The translations under genes were made by a program, and so were the position numbers. 64,000 nt of DNA, taken from assembly GCA_045561025.1 (NCBI GenBank), contig JBJKYM010000014.1, forward strand, positions 2,030-66,029, given 5' to 3'. Of this stretch, positions 29,290 to 38,845 are shown one piece after another (position 1 is the first letter of the stretch; each line of letters opens with the position of its first letter). The notes under the pieces are model-generated. The model was not told the DNA's origin, searched no databases, and saw only the letters and a program-made list of their open reading frames with translations. This DNA is from Candidatus Rariloculaceae bacterium (GTDB taxonomy: Bacteria > Pseudomonadota > Gammaproteobacteria > Steroidobacterales > Rariloculaceae).

Positions 29290-30093
29290 CTAAGGCGGAC
29301 CGACCTCAATTTCATAGAGCCGCGGCCAGTTTTTACCGGTAACGAAAAGGCGGTCCGAGTCTGCGTCGTATGCAATACCGTTGAGTACATGCTCGGATGT
29401 ACGCTGCGATGCCGGATAGAGGGTACTGAGATCGATCCAGCCGACTACGGCGCCCGTGTCGGGAGATATACGGGCGAGCCGGTCCTGATACCAGATGTTC
29501 GCCCAGATCTCGCCGTTGACGTACTCGAGCTCGTTCAGATTCGTTATCGGGTTGCCGCCCTCGTGGATATCCAGACTGCTGATCAGCTCGAACGTCTCCG
29601 GATCATGAAAACGGATGGTCGCCGTGCCGTCGCTGACCAGCAAATGCCTGCCGTCGTGCGTAAGGCCCCACCCCTGACCTTCGTTACGAAGGGTTGCGAG
29701 ACGGGCGAATGTGTCGACGTCGTAAACAAACACGAGATTGTTCATCCACGTGAGCTGAAAAATTCGATCGCCGTGTATCGCGATTCCCTCGCCGAACAGG
29801 TGGTCGCCTAATATCGAAACTTCCTCGACGCGGCCCGTCTGTATATCGGTTCGTCTCAGAGATGAACGACGATACTGTCCCGTACCCTCGTACATCCGCC
29901 CATCGTAGATCGTCAGTCCTTGCGTGAACGCCGATGTGTCATGCGGAAAGCTCGCGACAACTTCGTAGGTCCAGATCTCCGGCCCCTCGGTCGGTGCAAG
30001 CTGCGACCATGCGGTTAGTGCAAGAGCGGCCGCGATCACTAGCGTGACTACGACCGTGCGGTTGAGGCGAGATTGGCGCTTAGGGTTCGACAA
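29290..30093 (-). CDS. Glutaminyl-peptide cyclotransferase (beta-propeller, plant/bacterial type), membrane anchored
   Basis: YEVVASFPHDTSAFTQGL...YEGTGQYRRSSLRR.D..TG...GEGI...QLTW...WGLT.DG..L..SDG...NELEY..GEIWAN. N-terminal TM helix. Confidence 0.85.
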   Translation of the reverse strand: MSNPKRQSRLNRTVVVTLVIAAALALTAWSQLAPTEGPEIWTYEVVASFPHDTSAFTQGLTIYDGRMYEGTGQYRRSSLRRTDIQTGRVEEVSILGDHLFGEGIAIHGDRIFQLTWMNNLVFVYDVDTFARLATLRNEGQGWGLTHDGRHLLVSDGTATIRFHDPETFELISSLDIHEGGNPITNLNELEYVNGEIWANIWYQDRLARISPDTGAVVGWIDLSTLYPASQRTSEHVLNGIAYDADSDRLFVTGKNWPRLYEIEVGPP

Positions 30094-30111
30094 TGTGATT
30101 AGCCGCCAAGC

Positions 30112-30594
30112 TTAGAAGGTAGATAGGGCCATCATGTCTGCGGTATTACTGTTGACGATCCAGATACTGTCGACGCTGAACGGTCCGCGATAGGCCGTCG
30201 TTCTGGCACCGGTCGTGTCCTCCATGTTTTGCGGGATACCGGAGACCAGGACCCTGATCTCGTACTCTTCCCCTGCTTCGCCATAGAAGCAAAGTTCCGC
30301 GGTAGCCTGGTCCATCGTCGACGATGTCGCGACAACTCCGAAACAGGAGTCGCCCGGAACCATCCTTACGCTGCGCGTACTGACGGGTATCACGTCTCCG
30401 CGCGGCGAATCATAGGAAATAATCTCGATGTTGGCCGACAGGCGGTCAGACGTGTTTCTCGCCGCGCGTACCAGGTAGGTCTCGTCGTCGGGAAGTACCG
30501 GCCCGTCGTAACCCTGCAAAATAGAATTCGCACAGGAGGTAAGGCCGGCGCAAAGAACGGTACCGAGCGGGATAAGCATAGATCGCATCGTCAT
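30112..30594 (-). CDS. Hypothetical lipoprotein
   Basis: 160 aa. Signal peptide with lipobox GLTS-C (MTMRSMLIPLGTVLCAGLTSC). No recognisable domain. Confidence 0.6.
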   Translation of the reverse strand: MTMRSMLIPLGTVLCAGLTSCANSILQGYDGPVLPDDETYLVRAARNTSDRLSANIEIISYDSPRGDVIPVSTRSVRMVPGDSCFGVVATSSTMDQATAELCFYGEAGEEYEIRVLVSGIPQNMEDTTGARTTAYRGPFSVDSIWIVNSNTADMMALSTF

Positions 30595-30768
30595 CCCCTG
30601 ATTTCAATGACGGGTGCTCTAGTTTAGATCAATCCGGGCCGACGTTGCGATTCGCTCGGGACCGCTTGGTGAATCTAAAGATAGTTAAAGATCGTTCAGG
30701 CAGATTGACCCGTTGAGTCCGAGTTCGCTACGCTGTCGAGTCAGCTATTTTTAATCGGGAGACCCGAG

Positions 30769-31731
30769 ATGGTCACAAGACGTGAGTTGCTTAAGAACAC
30801 TGCCGCTGCAGGCACAGCCATGGCGCTGTTGCCCGAATTTCTTCGCGCGCAGTCAGGTAACGAGATTATTAAGCGAGCGATTCCAGTCTCGGGGGAAGAG
30901 CTTCCAATGATTGGCCTCGGAAGTTCAGCAACGTTCTCTTCGCTGGCTCGTAACGAAGACGCCGCTGCTTTGCGAGAGGTACTACGCGCCTTGTTCGACA
31001 ACGGCGGTACGGTCTTCGACACCGCACCGGGTTACGGTGGTGGAACGTCCGAGCAGGTTGCCGGCGAACTGGTCAACGGACTCGGCATTCAGGAGGAGAT
31101 CTTCTGGGCCACTAAGGTCAATGTTGTACAGAGACGCAGTGCGATCCGGGAAGCGGACCCCGTCGCAGCCATGGCTCAGATCGAGCGGTCGTTCGAGATC
31201 ATCAACAAGCCGGTTATCGACCTCATCCAGGTCCATAACCTCGGCGATGTGCCGACACAACTCGCTTTACTCAAGGACCTGAAGGCCGAGGGCCGTGTTC
31301 GTTACATCGGTGTAACGTGGACCGGATCTAATCGCTTCGAGGATCTCGCTCAGGTAATGCGGGATGAGCCGCTCGATTTCATCGGAATCGACTATGCGAT
31401 TGACAACCGCGAGGCCGCCGAGATGATGCTGCCGCTGGCACGGGACGAAGGTATCGCTACGATGATCTATCTCCCATTCGGTCGAAGTCGCCTCTGGAGC
31501 CGTGTCGCCGGCCAGGAGTTGCCCGAGTGGGCGTCCGAGATTGACGCAAGTACCTGGGCGCAGTTCTTCCTCAAGTATATTGCCGCCAACACGGATGTCA
31601 CCGTGATTACGCCGAGCACGAGCAAGCCGGCCAATATGATCGACAATCTGGGCGGCGCTATTGGCCAGCTTCCGGACGCCGCGATGCTTCGCCGCATGGA
31701 GGCTCATGTCGACGCATTACCGTCGGCCTGA
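30769..31731 (+). CDS. Aldo/keto reductase with twin-arginine (Tat) signal peptide
   Basis: N-terminal MVTRRELLKNTAAAGTAMAL...AQS matches S/T-R-R-x-F/L-L-K. The mature part has AKR patterns (FDTAPGYGGG.SE, IDLIQVHN, YIGVT, PFGR). Confidence 0.85.
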   Translation: MVTRRELLKNTAAAGTAMALLPEFLRAQSGNEIIKRAIPVSGEELPMIGLGSSATFSSLARNEDAAALREVLRALFDNGGTVFDTAPGYGGGTSEQVAGELVNGLGIQEEIFWATKVNVVQRRSAIREADPVAAMAQIERSFEIINKPVIDLIQVHNLGDVPTQLALLKDLKAEGRVRYIGVTWTGSNRFEDLAQVMRDEPLDFIGIDYAIDNREAAEMMLPLARDEGIATMIYLPFGRSRLWSRVAGQELPEWASEIDASTWAQFFLKYIAANTDVTVITPSTSKPANMIDNLGGAIGQLPDAAMLRRMEAHVDALPSA

Positions 31732-31965
31732 AGGAGTTCCCAGCCCGGCATTGCCAGAGTTCCGGGTTCGGGCCGCCGACGCCTGCCCGACAAGGGCCGA
31801 TCCGCCGTCAGCGCCTATCTGCGGTATCATCCGGGGAGAAGCTGCCCTGCGGCAAGTCCATGCTCGTCAGGGTCGTGTATGCTCAGTTAAGCGCCGGGGG
31901 ACGTTGTATCCAATCGTCAGGGCGGCGCTAGCCGAATCGAATAATAATGACGTCAGGAGATCGAC

Positions 31966-32679
31966 ATGAAGGGCTTAACAATTGCCACCATCTTATTCTC
32001 GAGTCTCGCGCTCAGCGCCTGTCAGAACGCCGATGAGCCGGCCGTAGACAGCTCTGCGCCCGTTGCGGGGGCCGTTGAGCCGGCACCACCAGCCGTCGCA
32101 GAACCTGCTCCTGCGCAGCCTGCTGCGCCCGCTGGTCCGCAGACGACGACACAGGCATCGCTGGCGAGCGATTCCCAGTGGGCCATACTTTTCGCCGGCC
32201 ACGATCTGTCAAGCTTTGATACGCTGGGTGACGCCCAGTGGAACATCATTGACGATTACGTCGAGGCTGACGGCTACACCGGCAGTTTTCTGGTCAGTCG
32301 CGGTGGCTATACGAACTTCCGCCTGAGCCTTGAGTTCTGGTCCGGCCCCGACTCTAACAGCGGCATATTTATTCGCTGTGAGGGTCCAGCCGCAGTCTCG
32401 GCAAACAGCTGCTACGAGATCAATATATTCGACACGAATGAGAATCCGGACAATCGGACCGGTTCGATCGTGAATCATGCGCCCCCGGCGATAACGACCA
32501 TGGCGAACGAGCAGTGGAATACCTACGACATTGTTGCCCAGGGGTCGCGAATTGTTGTTACGCTGAACGGCAACGTCACGGCTGAAATCGAGGACGATAG
32601 TCATCCGTACGGGCCGTTTGCACTGCAGAACAACGGCGGGCTCATTCGCTTCAGAAACGTGCGACTGCGACCGCTCTAG
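31966..32679 (+). CDS. DUF1080 (3-keto-disaccharide hydrolase-like) lipoprotein
   Basis: Lipobox LALSAC, a Pro/Ala-rich linker, then W..LF.G.DLS.F...W......G, NSGIFIR, YEINIFD, and the C-terminal GPFALQNNGGLIRFRNVRLRPL typical of DUF1080. Confidence 0.75.
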   Translation: MKGLTIATILFSSLALSACQNADEPAVDSSAPVAGAVEPAPPAVAEPAPAQPAAPAGPQTTTQASLASDSQWAILFAGHDLSSFDTLGDAQWNIIDDYVEADGYTGSFLVSRGGYTNFRLSLEFWSGPDSNSGIFIRCEGPAAVSANSCYEINIFDTNENPDNRTGSIVNHAPPAITTMANEQWNTYDIVAQGSRIVVTLNGNVTAEIEDDSHPYGPFALQNNGGLIRFRNVRLRPL

Positions 32680-32704
32680 TCGACCAGAACAAGACCTGCC
32701 GCTC

Positions 32705-33475
32705 ATGAAAACAGCCGGACGACCGTATGTAAGTATCGCATCCGCTGTTGTCGGGTTGGTTCTCCTGTTCACCGCGCTATCCGATGCTGAAGCGCAGAGG
32801 TTCCGGCGGTACTACGAGCCTGAACCGAATGAACCGATCGACTCGGAGTTTTTCTTCGTTCGATTGCAGTACTCGAGCTCGACACGATCACGTGGTGGTG
32901 GTGCCTGGCTCACTGACTGGCCCGAGGCTGAGACGCATCTGCTGCCCGGTATTACCCGCCTGACCCGGGTGGCTGCCGGGTCTGAGGGCAGGATTGTCAA
33001 TTTGTCCAGCGACGAGCTCATGGACTATCCGTGGCTCTACGCCGTGGAAGTCGGCCAGTGGTATCTGGACGATATGGAGGCCGCGCGGCTAAGGGAGTAC
33101 CTGGATCGCGGTGGGTTCCTCATGGTCGACGATTTCTGGGGGCCGCGAGAGTGGTCAATATTTACGGAGTCGATGCTCAAGGTTTTCCCTGATCGACCGA
33201 TAATCGAACTCGCGGAGGAGCATCCGTTACTGCATGTTCTCTACGACCTCGATCAGCGGACGCAGATTCCGGGCCGCGGGGGGAATCGTTACGGCACGAC
33301 GCCTCACTGGCGTGGAATCTTTGACGAGCAGGATCGCCTTCTGGTCGCGATCAACTTCAATATGGATATGGGCGATGCCTGGGAGCATGCTGACGATCCC
33401 TGGTACCCGGAACCCTATACCGCACTAGCCTACCGGTTCGCGGTCAATTATCTGATTTACTCGATGACGCACTAA
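32705..33475 (+). CDS. DUF4159-domain exported protein
   Basis: Signal peptide, then FFFVRLQYSS...GGGAWLTDWPEAE..L......LT, YPWLY..E.G.W.L.D.EA..LREYL.RGGFLMVDDFWG. This is the DUF4159 pattern as I remember it. Confidence 0.7.
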   Translation: MKTAGRPYVSIASAVVGLVLLFTALSDAEAQRFRRYYEPEPNEPIDSEFFFVRLQYSSSTRSRGGGAWLTDWPEAETHLLPGITRLTRVAAGSEGRIVNLSSDELMDYPWLYAVEVGQWYLDDMEAARLREYLDRGGFLMVDDFWGPREWSIFTESMLKVFPDRPIIELAEEHPLLHVLYDLDQRTQIPGRGGNRYGTTPHWRGIFDEQDRLLVAINFNMDMGDAWEHADDPWYPEPYTALAYRFAVNYLIYSMTH

Positions 33476-33505
33476 AAAAAACGCCGGGAGAACCCGGCGT
33501 TTTTT
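33474..33505. terminator. Bidirectional rho-independent terminator
   Basis: aaaaaaaa-CGCCGGG-agaa-CCCGGCG-tttttt: a perfect 7-bp GC stem flanked by an A-run and a T-run, between convergent genes (the DUF4159 gene and the cox operon). Confidence 0.85.
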
Positions 33506-33557
33506 GTCTGTGTCGCGGCGCTCTTCTGAGCGCATCCTGTTCGGTTTCGGGTAGCCG

Positions 33558-33830
33558 CTAGTGACTTTCCTCCGAATCTTCGCCGGGAGAATCTTCGACG
33601 CCCCAGGCGAGAAACCCCAGAACGAGCAGGATAATTACCACGCTGATCATCGGCGTGGCCGGAAGCCACACGGGTATGTCCTCCATTGTCTCGAAGGGCC
33701 CGATAAACTGCGCCAGCACAGCGCCGACGACCAGTCCGATCAGAATTCCGAATGCCATCTTGGTTTGGTAGTGCCAGGCAAAGCCCCACAGTACCAACAG
33801 GATTAAGAAAGCAGCTACTCCATAAATCAT
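33558..33830 (-). CDS. Small hydrophobic membrane protein, last cistron of cox operon
   Basis: 90 aa from ATG 33830 (MIYGVAAFLILLVLW...). About 3 TM segments and an acidic tail. No family recognised. Confidence 0.5.
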   Translation of the reverse strand: MIYGVAAFLILLVLWGFAWHYQTKMAFGILIGLVVGAVLAQFIGPFETMEDIPVWLPATPMISVVIILLVLGFLAWGVEDSPGEDSEESH

Positions 33831-33852
33831 AGTGTTGTCCTGTGCGCGCCGG

Positions 33853-34200
33853 CTAGTGGTGCTCGACGAATTCTGTCGTGTCTGCCCCAAAGAAGTTCAG
33901 TCGAGTAAGGACCGTGTAGTCACCCTCTACGGCCATCAGCCCTATGAGCACGAGTAATACCAATGGCGGTCCGAGGATTGCGTATATGAGTGCGAGGCGT
34001 TCCCACATCATGTGCATGAAGATCGCGATAATGAAACCGGCTTTCAGGAACATGAATAGAAGGATCAAACCCCAGCGCACATAGCCCTGGAACCCGATGT
34101 AGTCCACCGCGTAGGAAAGTCCGCTGAGAACGAAGAGAAGTCCCCAGATCCAGAAATAGATCGCGAGCGGGTGTTGTTGGTGTGTATCGTCTTGAGCCAT
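33853..34200 (-). CDS. Cytochrome c oxidase subunit IV (prokaryotic CoxD-type)
   Basis: 115 aa, 3 TM segments, FLKAGFIIAIFMHMMWER motif characteristic of bacterial subunit IV family proteins. Position after the subunit III genes. Confidence 0.75.
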   Translation of the reverse strand: MAQDDTHQQHPLAIYFWIWGLLFVLSGLSYAVDYIGFQGYVRWGLILLFMFLKAGFIIAIFMHMMWERLALIYAILGPPLVLLVLIGLMAVEGDYTVLTRLNFFGADTTEFVEHH

Positions 34201-34209
34201 GTTTAGCCC

Positions 34210-34893
34210 TTACCAAAGATAGAAGAATGCGAAAATGAAGACCCAGACCAGGTCAACGAAATGCCAGTACAGGCCGGTAATCTCTACGATCTCGTAGCCC
34301 CGTTTCTCGTAATCGCCGCGTAGCACCTTCATTGCAACCGTAACGAGATAGATCACGCCGATCGATACGTGCGCGCCGTGAAAGCCCGTGATCATGAAGA
34401 ACACCGAGCCGAACTGGGGTGCGCCCATCGGGTTGCTCCACGGCCGTACGCCCTCCTCGATAATCAGTTTCGTCCACTCGAAGGCCTGCATCCCGACGAA
34501 AATCGCGCCGAATGCGGCTGTTATCAACATCAGCGAGGCCGTCTTTGCCCGATCGCCGCGATAACCCATATTCACGGCCATGGCCATCGTGCCGCTGCTC
34601 GTGATCAGGATAAACGTCATGATCGCGATCAGGATCAGCGGAATCGGATCGCCGCCGAACGACAATGCGAAGACCTCGCTCGTATTCGGCCAGGGCACAC
34701 GCGTCGATGCGCGTACATTCATGTACCCGGTTAGAAAACACGAGAAGATGAACGTGTCACTGAGAAGAAAGATCCACATCATGGCCTTGCCCCACGGAAC
34801 GTGGAACGTCTGCCGGTCTGCGGACCAGTCGGTGGCTATGCCTCGAACGCCGGGGTCCTGTCCCGGTGCCGCTGCGGTCACGTCGTGTGCCAT
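34210..34893 (-). CDS. Haem-copper oxidase subunit III family protein (CoxP-like)
   Basis: 227 aa. FFMITGFHGAHVSIGV and YWHFVDLVWVFIF motifs. Confidence 0.85.
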   Translation of the reverse strand: MAHDVTAAAPGQDPGVRGIATDWSADRQTFHVPWGKAMMWIFLLSDTFIFSCFLTGYMNVRASTRVPWPNTSEVFALSFGGDPIPLILIAIMTFILITSSGTMAMAVNMGYRGDRAKTASLMLITAAFGAIFVGMQAFEWTKLIIEEGVRPWSNPMGAPQFGSVFFMITGFHGAHVSIGVIYLVTVAMKVLRGDYEKRGYEIVEITGLYWHFVDLVWVFIFAFFYLW

Positions 34894-34907
34894 AAGTTAC
34901 AAAGTCC

Positions 34908-35585
34908 TTACGTAGTCGAAAGCAGGTAAAACAGCACCAGCCATAAAAGAAGAAGAAAGTGCCAGTAGACTGAACAGAGCTGGACGCTTAAGCGAACGCT
35001 GGCAATCTGATTGACATTGAGAGTACTCAAGCCCCGCCAGACACGCGTCGTCGTTCTTGCCCAGACCCAGAGTCCGCCGAGCAAGTGACCCGCATGAAGG
35101 CCGGTGATCAGGTAGAAGAAGGTATGCGCCGGATTGCTGGCGAAGAAGTAACCTGACGCGGACAACTGCTGCCATGCCACAACCTGTCCGATTACGAACG
35201 CGATAGTAAACAGCCCGCCCGCCGTGAGATTCAGTCGAATTGCGGGAAGGTCCTCGCGACCGGCCGCGCCACGCGCTCTCTGAAAAGCGACGCTACCCAG
35301 TACGAGAAAGATCGTGTTAATCCACAGGATTTGTGGATCGGGGATCGGTCGCCAGTCAGGAAACGTTGACCGCTCCATGTACATGATCATGAACAGCGAA
35401 AACAGGCTCGTCACTACCGCGAGGAACATCCACAGTCCGACGCGCTCGGGCGGCATTTCAGTCACGCCGTCATGCATCTCGATAACACCCTTTTCGATCC
35501 AGGACTTTGCCCTGAGTCGTCGCATTAGGAAGACCCATAGACATATGGCTCCTCCCAGCGCAACGAAAAGGACCGTGACGTTCAC
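34908..35585 (-). CDS. Haem-copper oxidase subunit III family protein, second paralogue (CoxO-like)
   Basis: 225 aa. FFYLITGLHAGHLLGGL and YWHFLLLLWLVLF motifs. Start overlaps the coxA stop. Confidence 0.75.
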   Translation of the reverse strand: MNVTVLFVALGGAICLWVFLMRRLRAKSWIEKGVIEMHDGVTEMPPERVGLWMFLAVVTSLFSLFMIMYMERSTFPDWRPIPDPQILWINTIFLVLGSVAFQRARGAAGREDLPAIRLNLTAGGLFTIAFVIGQVVAWQQLSASGYFFASNPAHTFFYLITGLHAGHLLGGLWVWARTTTRVWRGLSTLNVNQIASVRLSVQLCSVYWHFLLLLWLVLFYLLSTT

Positions 35586-37351
35586 TAGTGCTGCACTCCA
35601 TGGTCACGACCCACGATCACACCATCGTGCGGCGGCTCGGTCTGAGGAATGAAGTCGACGTCCTCACCGGGAACGCTGTAGTCGTAAGCCCAGCGATAGA
35701 CGACCGGGAGATCGTGGCCCCAGTTTCCGTGCTTGGCCGGTGTATCGGGTGTCTGCCATTCCAGCGTCGTGCTGTTCCAGGGATTGCCGGAAGCTTTCTC
35801 GCCGTTACGCATGCTCCAGATCACATTGAATATGAAGATTGCCTGCGCGGCTGCAACGATCAGAGCTGCGATAGTTATTCCGGCATTCATGACCTGCGCG
35901 GACTCGGGAATAAAGTCCGTAGTGCCGTAGGCGTAATAGCGTCGAGGAACTCCGAGGAAGCCGAGATAGTGCATCGGGAGATAGACGGCATAGGTTCCGA
36001 ATAAGGTAAGCCAGAAGTGCAGCTTTCCGAGTGTCTCGTTGAACATCCTTCCGGTCATCTTCGGGTACCAGTGATAGAGGCAGGCGAAAAGGACCAGGAT
36101 GGGAGATACGCCCATAACCATATGGAAGTGACCGATAACGAAGTAGGTATCCGACAGCGGTAGGTCGACCGTCACGTTGCCGAGGAACAGACCGGTAAGA
36201 CCGCCGTGCGTGAAAGTGAAGATGAAGCCGATGGCGAACAACATCGGTACCGTCAGGCGCAGGTCGCCGCGCCACAATGTCAGTACCCAGTTATAGACTT
36301 TCAATGCTGTCGGGACGGCGATAATCAGCGTCGTCGTTGCGAAGAAGAACCCGAAGTAGGGGTTCATTCCGCTGACGTACATATGATGAGCCCAGACGAC
36401 AAAGCTCAGCGCGCCGATAGCAACGATCGCCCAGACCATCATTCGGTAGCCGAAGATGTTTTTTCTCGCGTGCGTCGCGAGAACATCCGAGACCATACCG
36501 AACGCAGGTAGAGCGACGATATAAACCTCTGGATGACCGAAGAACCAGAACAGGTGCTGGAAGAGGATAGGGCTACCGCCGTCATACTCCGTGACGCCAC
36601 CGCTCATCAGCATCTCAGGCATAAAGAAGCTCGTGCCGATCAGTCGATCCAGCAACAGCATGATGGCTGCGACGAGAAGCGCCGGGAAAGCCAGCAGGCC
36701 GAGAATCGTCGCGACAAAGATGCCCCAGACCGAGAGCGGCATGCGCATTAACGTCATCCCGCGGCAGCGCGCCTGCAGTACCGTCGTGACGTAGTTCAGT
36801 CCGCCCATCGTGAACGCGATGATGAAAACGGCGAGCGATAACAACATCGTAACGATTCCGCCACCGACACCGGGCGTACCTTCGGAGATTGACGTGGGCG
36901 GATAGAGCGTCCATCCCGCGCCTGTTGGTCCGCCGGGAACGAAGAACCCGGCAATCAGAATGATGACCGATAGCAGGAAAAACCAGTAACTGAGCATGTT
37001 CATGAACGGGAAAACCATGTCCCTGGAGCCACACATCAGCGGTATCAGATAATTTCCGAAGCCTCCGAGGAATAACGCGGTCAGTAGATAGATGACCATG
37101 ATCATTCCGTGCATCGTCACGTACTGGTAGTACTGTTCCGGAGAAAGAAACGAGAAGGTGTCCGGGAACCCAAGCTGCAGGCGCATCATGCTGGAGAGCA
37201 GCATGCCGAGTATGCCCACCGCTATCGCGGTCGATCCGTATTGGATCGCGATTACTTTGTGATCCTGGCTCCAAACGTATTTGGTAATAAACGTTTGTGG
37301 ATCGTGGTGGTCTTGTTCGTGATCGCGATCTGCAATTGCGACGTATGCCAT
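35585..37351 (-). CDS. ctaD: Cytochrome c oxidase subunit I
   Basis: 588 aa. [22 protein letters not shown]-like ([22 protein letters not shown]), WAHHMY, and HFHMVMG motifs. Confidence 0.95.
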   Translation of the reverse strand: [588 protein letters not shown]

Positions 37352-37434
37352 TAGAACGTACTCCTGGCGCTACAGCCCTTATTAAGTAGGTAATCTGAAT
37401 TAATCATCGTCATAGGTGCTGGTTGCTCGAAAAA

Positions 37435-38787
37435 TCAGAGCGTATTGATGTAGGCAATAACATCTGCTATCGCCTGCTCGTCTCGCAACATTCCGGTCAG
37501 CAATATCATTTGGTGCCCGTAGAGGTCGTCGCGGTGAGTGCCGCGGATATCATTCTGGAAGTTCTCGAGCTGACGGACGAGATACCAGTCTGTCATCTCC
37601 GCGAGTCCCGGCGCATTCATTGTAAAGAGGCCCCGGCCGTCGGCTCCGTGACAGCTGCCGCAGTTGGCGTAGATTCTCTCGCCTTCCTCGACATCACCAA
37701 ACACGGTGTGTTCCGGCGGCTCGGACGGCAGCGTCTCGAGATAGGCGACGATGTTGTCGATCGCAGCGTCGTCAGGAACCGCGATCATCATGGGTGCCAT
37801 CGTCGCACCGAAGATATCGCCCTCCGCAGTGCCGCGAATGCCGTCTTTGAAATACTTGATCTGCCGACGCAGATACCAGCCTTCCTGGCCGGTCAGCTTG
37901 GGAGAGTTGAGTGCCTGCATTCCCTGCCCGTCGGGCCCGTGACATGCTGCGCAGATGGCGTAGGCGGCCTGGCCCGCAACCGGGTCGCCGGCTGGTCGCG
38001 CCATGCTTTCAGCGAACGTTGGCTGTTCTGCCAGCCAGCTATCGAATTCTGCCTGAGACTCGATGACTACCCGTCCACGCATCGCGAAATGATTGATGCC
38101 GCATAGTTCTTCGCAGAGAAGATCGTATACACCCGCAACAGTCGCCGTGAACCACTCGTAGGTAATCATTCCCGGTACCAGATCCATCTTGACGCGGAAC
38201 TGCGGCACCGTGAAGTTATGCAGTACGTCCTTGGATCTCAGCAGCGCGTGAACTGGCTGGTCGATCGGCAGGTGAAGTTCCGGATTGGCAATCAGAACAT
38301 CGTCCTGCCCGGCCGGATCCTCGGGGTCTATCGCGAATGGATTCTCTTCGCTGATGTGACTAATATCGACGTTGCCGAGGACGCCGTCATCTCCGGGGAA
38401 TCGATAGCTCCAGTGCCACTGTTGACCGATGGCCTCAACCTGCATCGCGTCGTCAGGCACGGTGACGAACTGGCCCCAGACAACGAGTCCCGGTGCAAGC
38501 ATCGCAGCGACGCCGACGGAGGTGATGACGGTTAGCCAGACCTCCAGTTTCGTGTTCTCCGGCTCGTAGTCCGCTTTCTGCCCCGCCTTGTGGCGGAAGG
38601 AGTAGACGCAGTACGCCATAAAGAAGTTGACCGCAACGAAGACGATGCCCGTGACGATGAACGTGATATCGATCGTGGTGTCGATGAGGCCCCAATTTGA
38701 CGCCAGCGGCGTCAGGTACCAGGGGCTCATGAAGTGAAAGACTAAACTGCCTACCACCAGGAAGACGAGTGCAACTGCTAGAAGCAT
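37435..38787 (-). CDS. Cytochrome c oxidase subunit II fused to two C-terminal cytochrome c domains
   Basis: Two N-terminal TM helices, CuA motif (DVLHNF...CEELCGINHFAM), then two CxxCH domains (CAACHG, CGSCHG), each ending in ...AYLETL / AYINTL. Confidence 0.9.
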   Translation of the reverse strand: MLLAVALVFLVVGSLVFHFMSPWYLTPLASNWGLIDTTIDITFIVTGIVFVAVNFFMAYCVYSFRHKAGQKADYEPENTKLEVWLTVITSVGVAAMLAPGLVVWGQFVTVPDDAMQVEAIGQQWHWSYRFPGDDGVLGNVDISHISEENPFAIDPEDPAGQDDVLIANPELHLPIDQPVHALLRSKDVLHNFTVPQFRVKMDLVPGMITYEWFTATVAGVYDLLCEELCGINHFAMRGRVVIESQAEFDSWLAEQPTFAESMARPAGDPVAGQAAYAICAACHGPDGQGMQALNSPKLTGQEGWYLRRQIKYFKDGIRGTAEGDIFGATMAPMMIAVPDDAAIDNIVAYLETLPSEPPEHTVFGDVEEGERIYANCGSCHGADGRGLFTMNAPGLAEMTDWYLVRQLENFQNDIRGTHRDDLYGHQMILLTGMLRDEQAIADVIAYINTL

Positions 38788-38845
38788 GCGTAGAAGGTCC
38801 TTATGTTTCGCCGCTCAACGCGAACTCAGACGTAGTTAATGGTTG

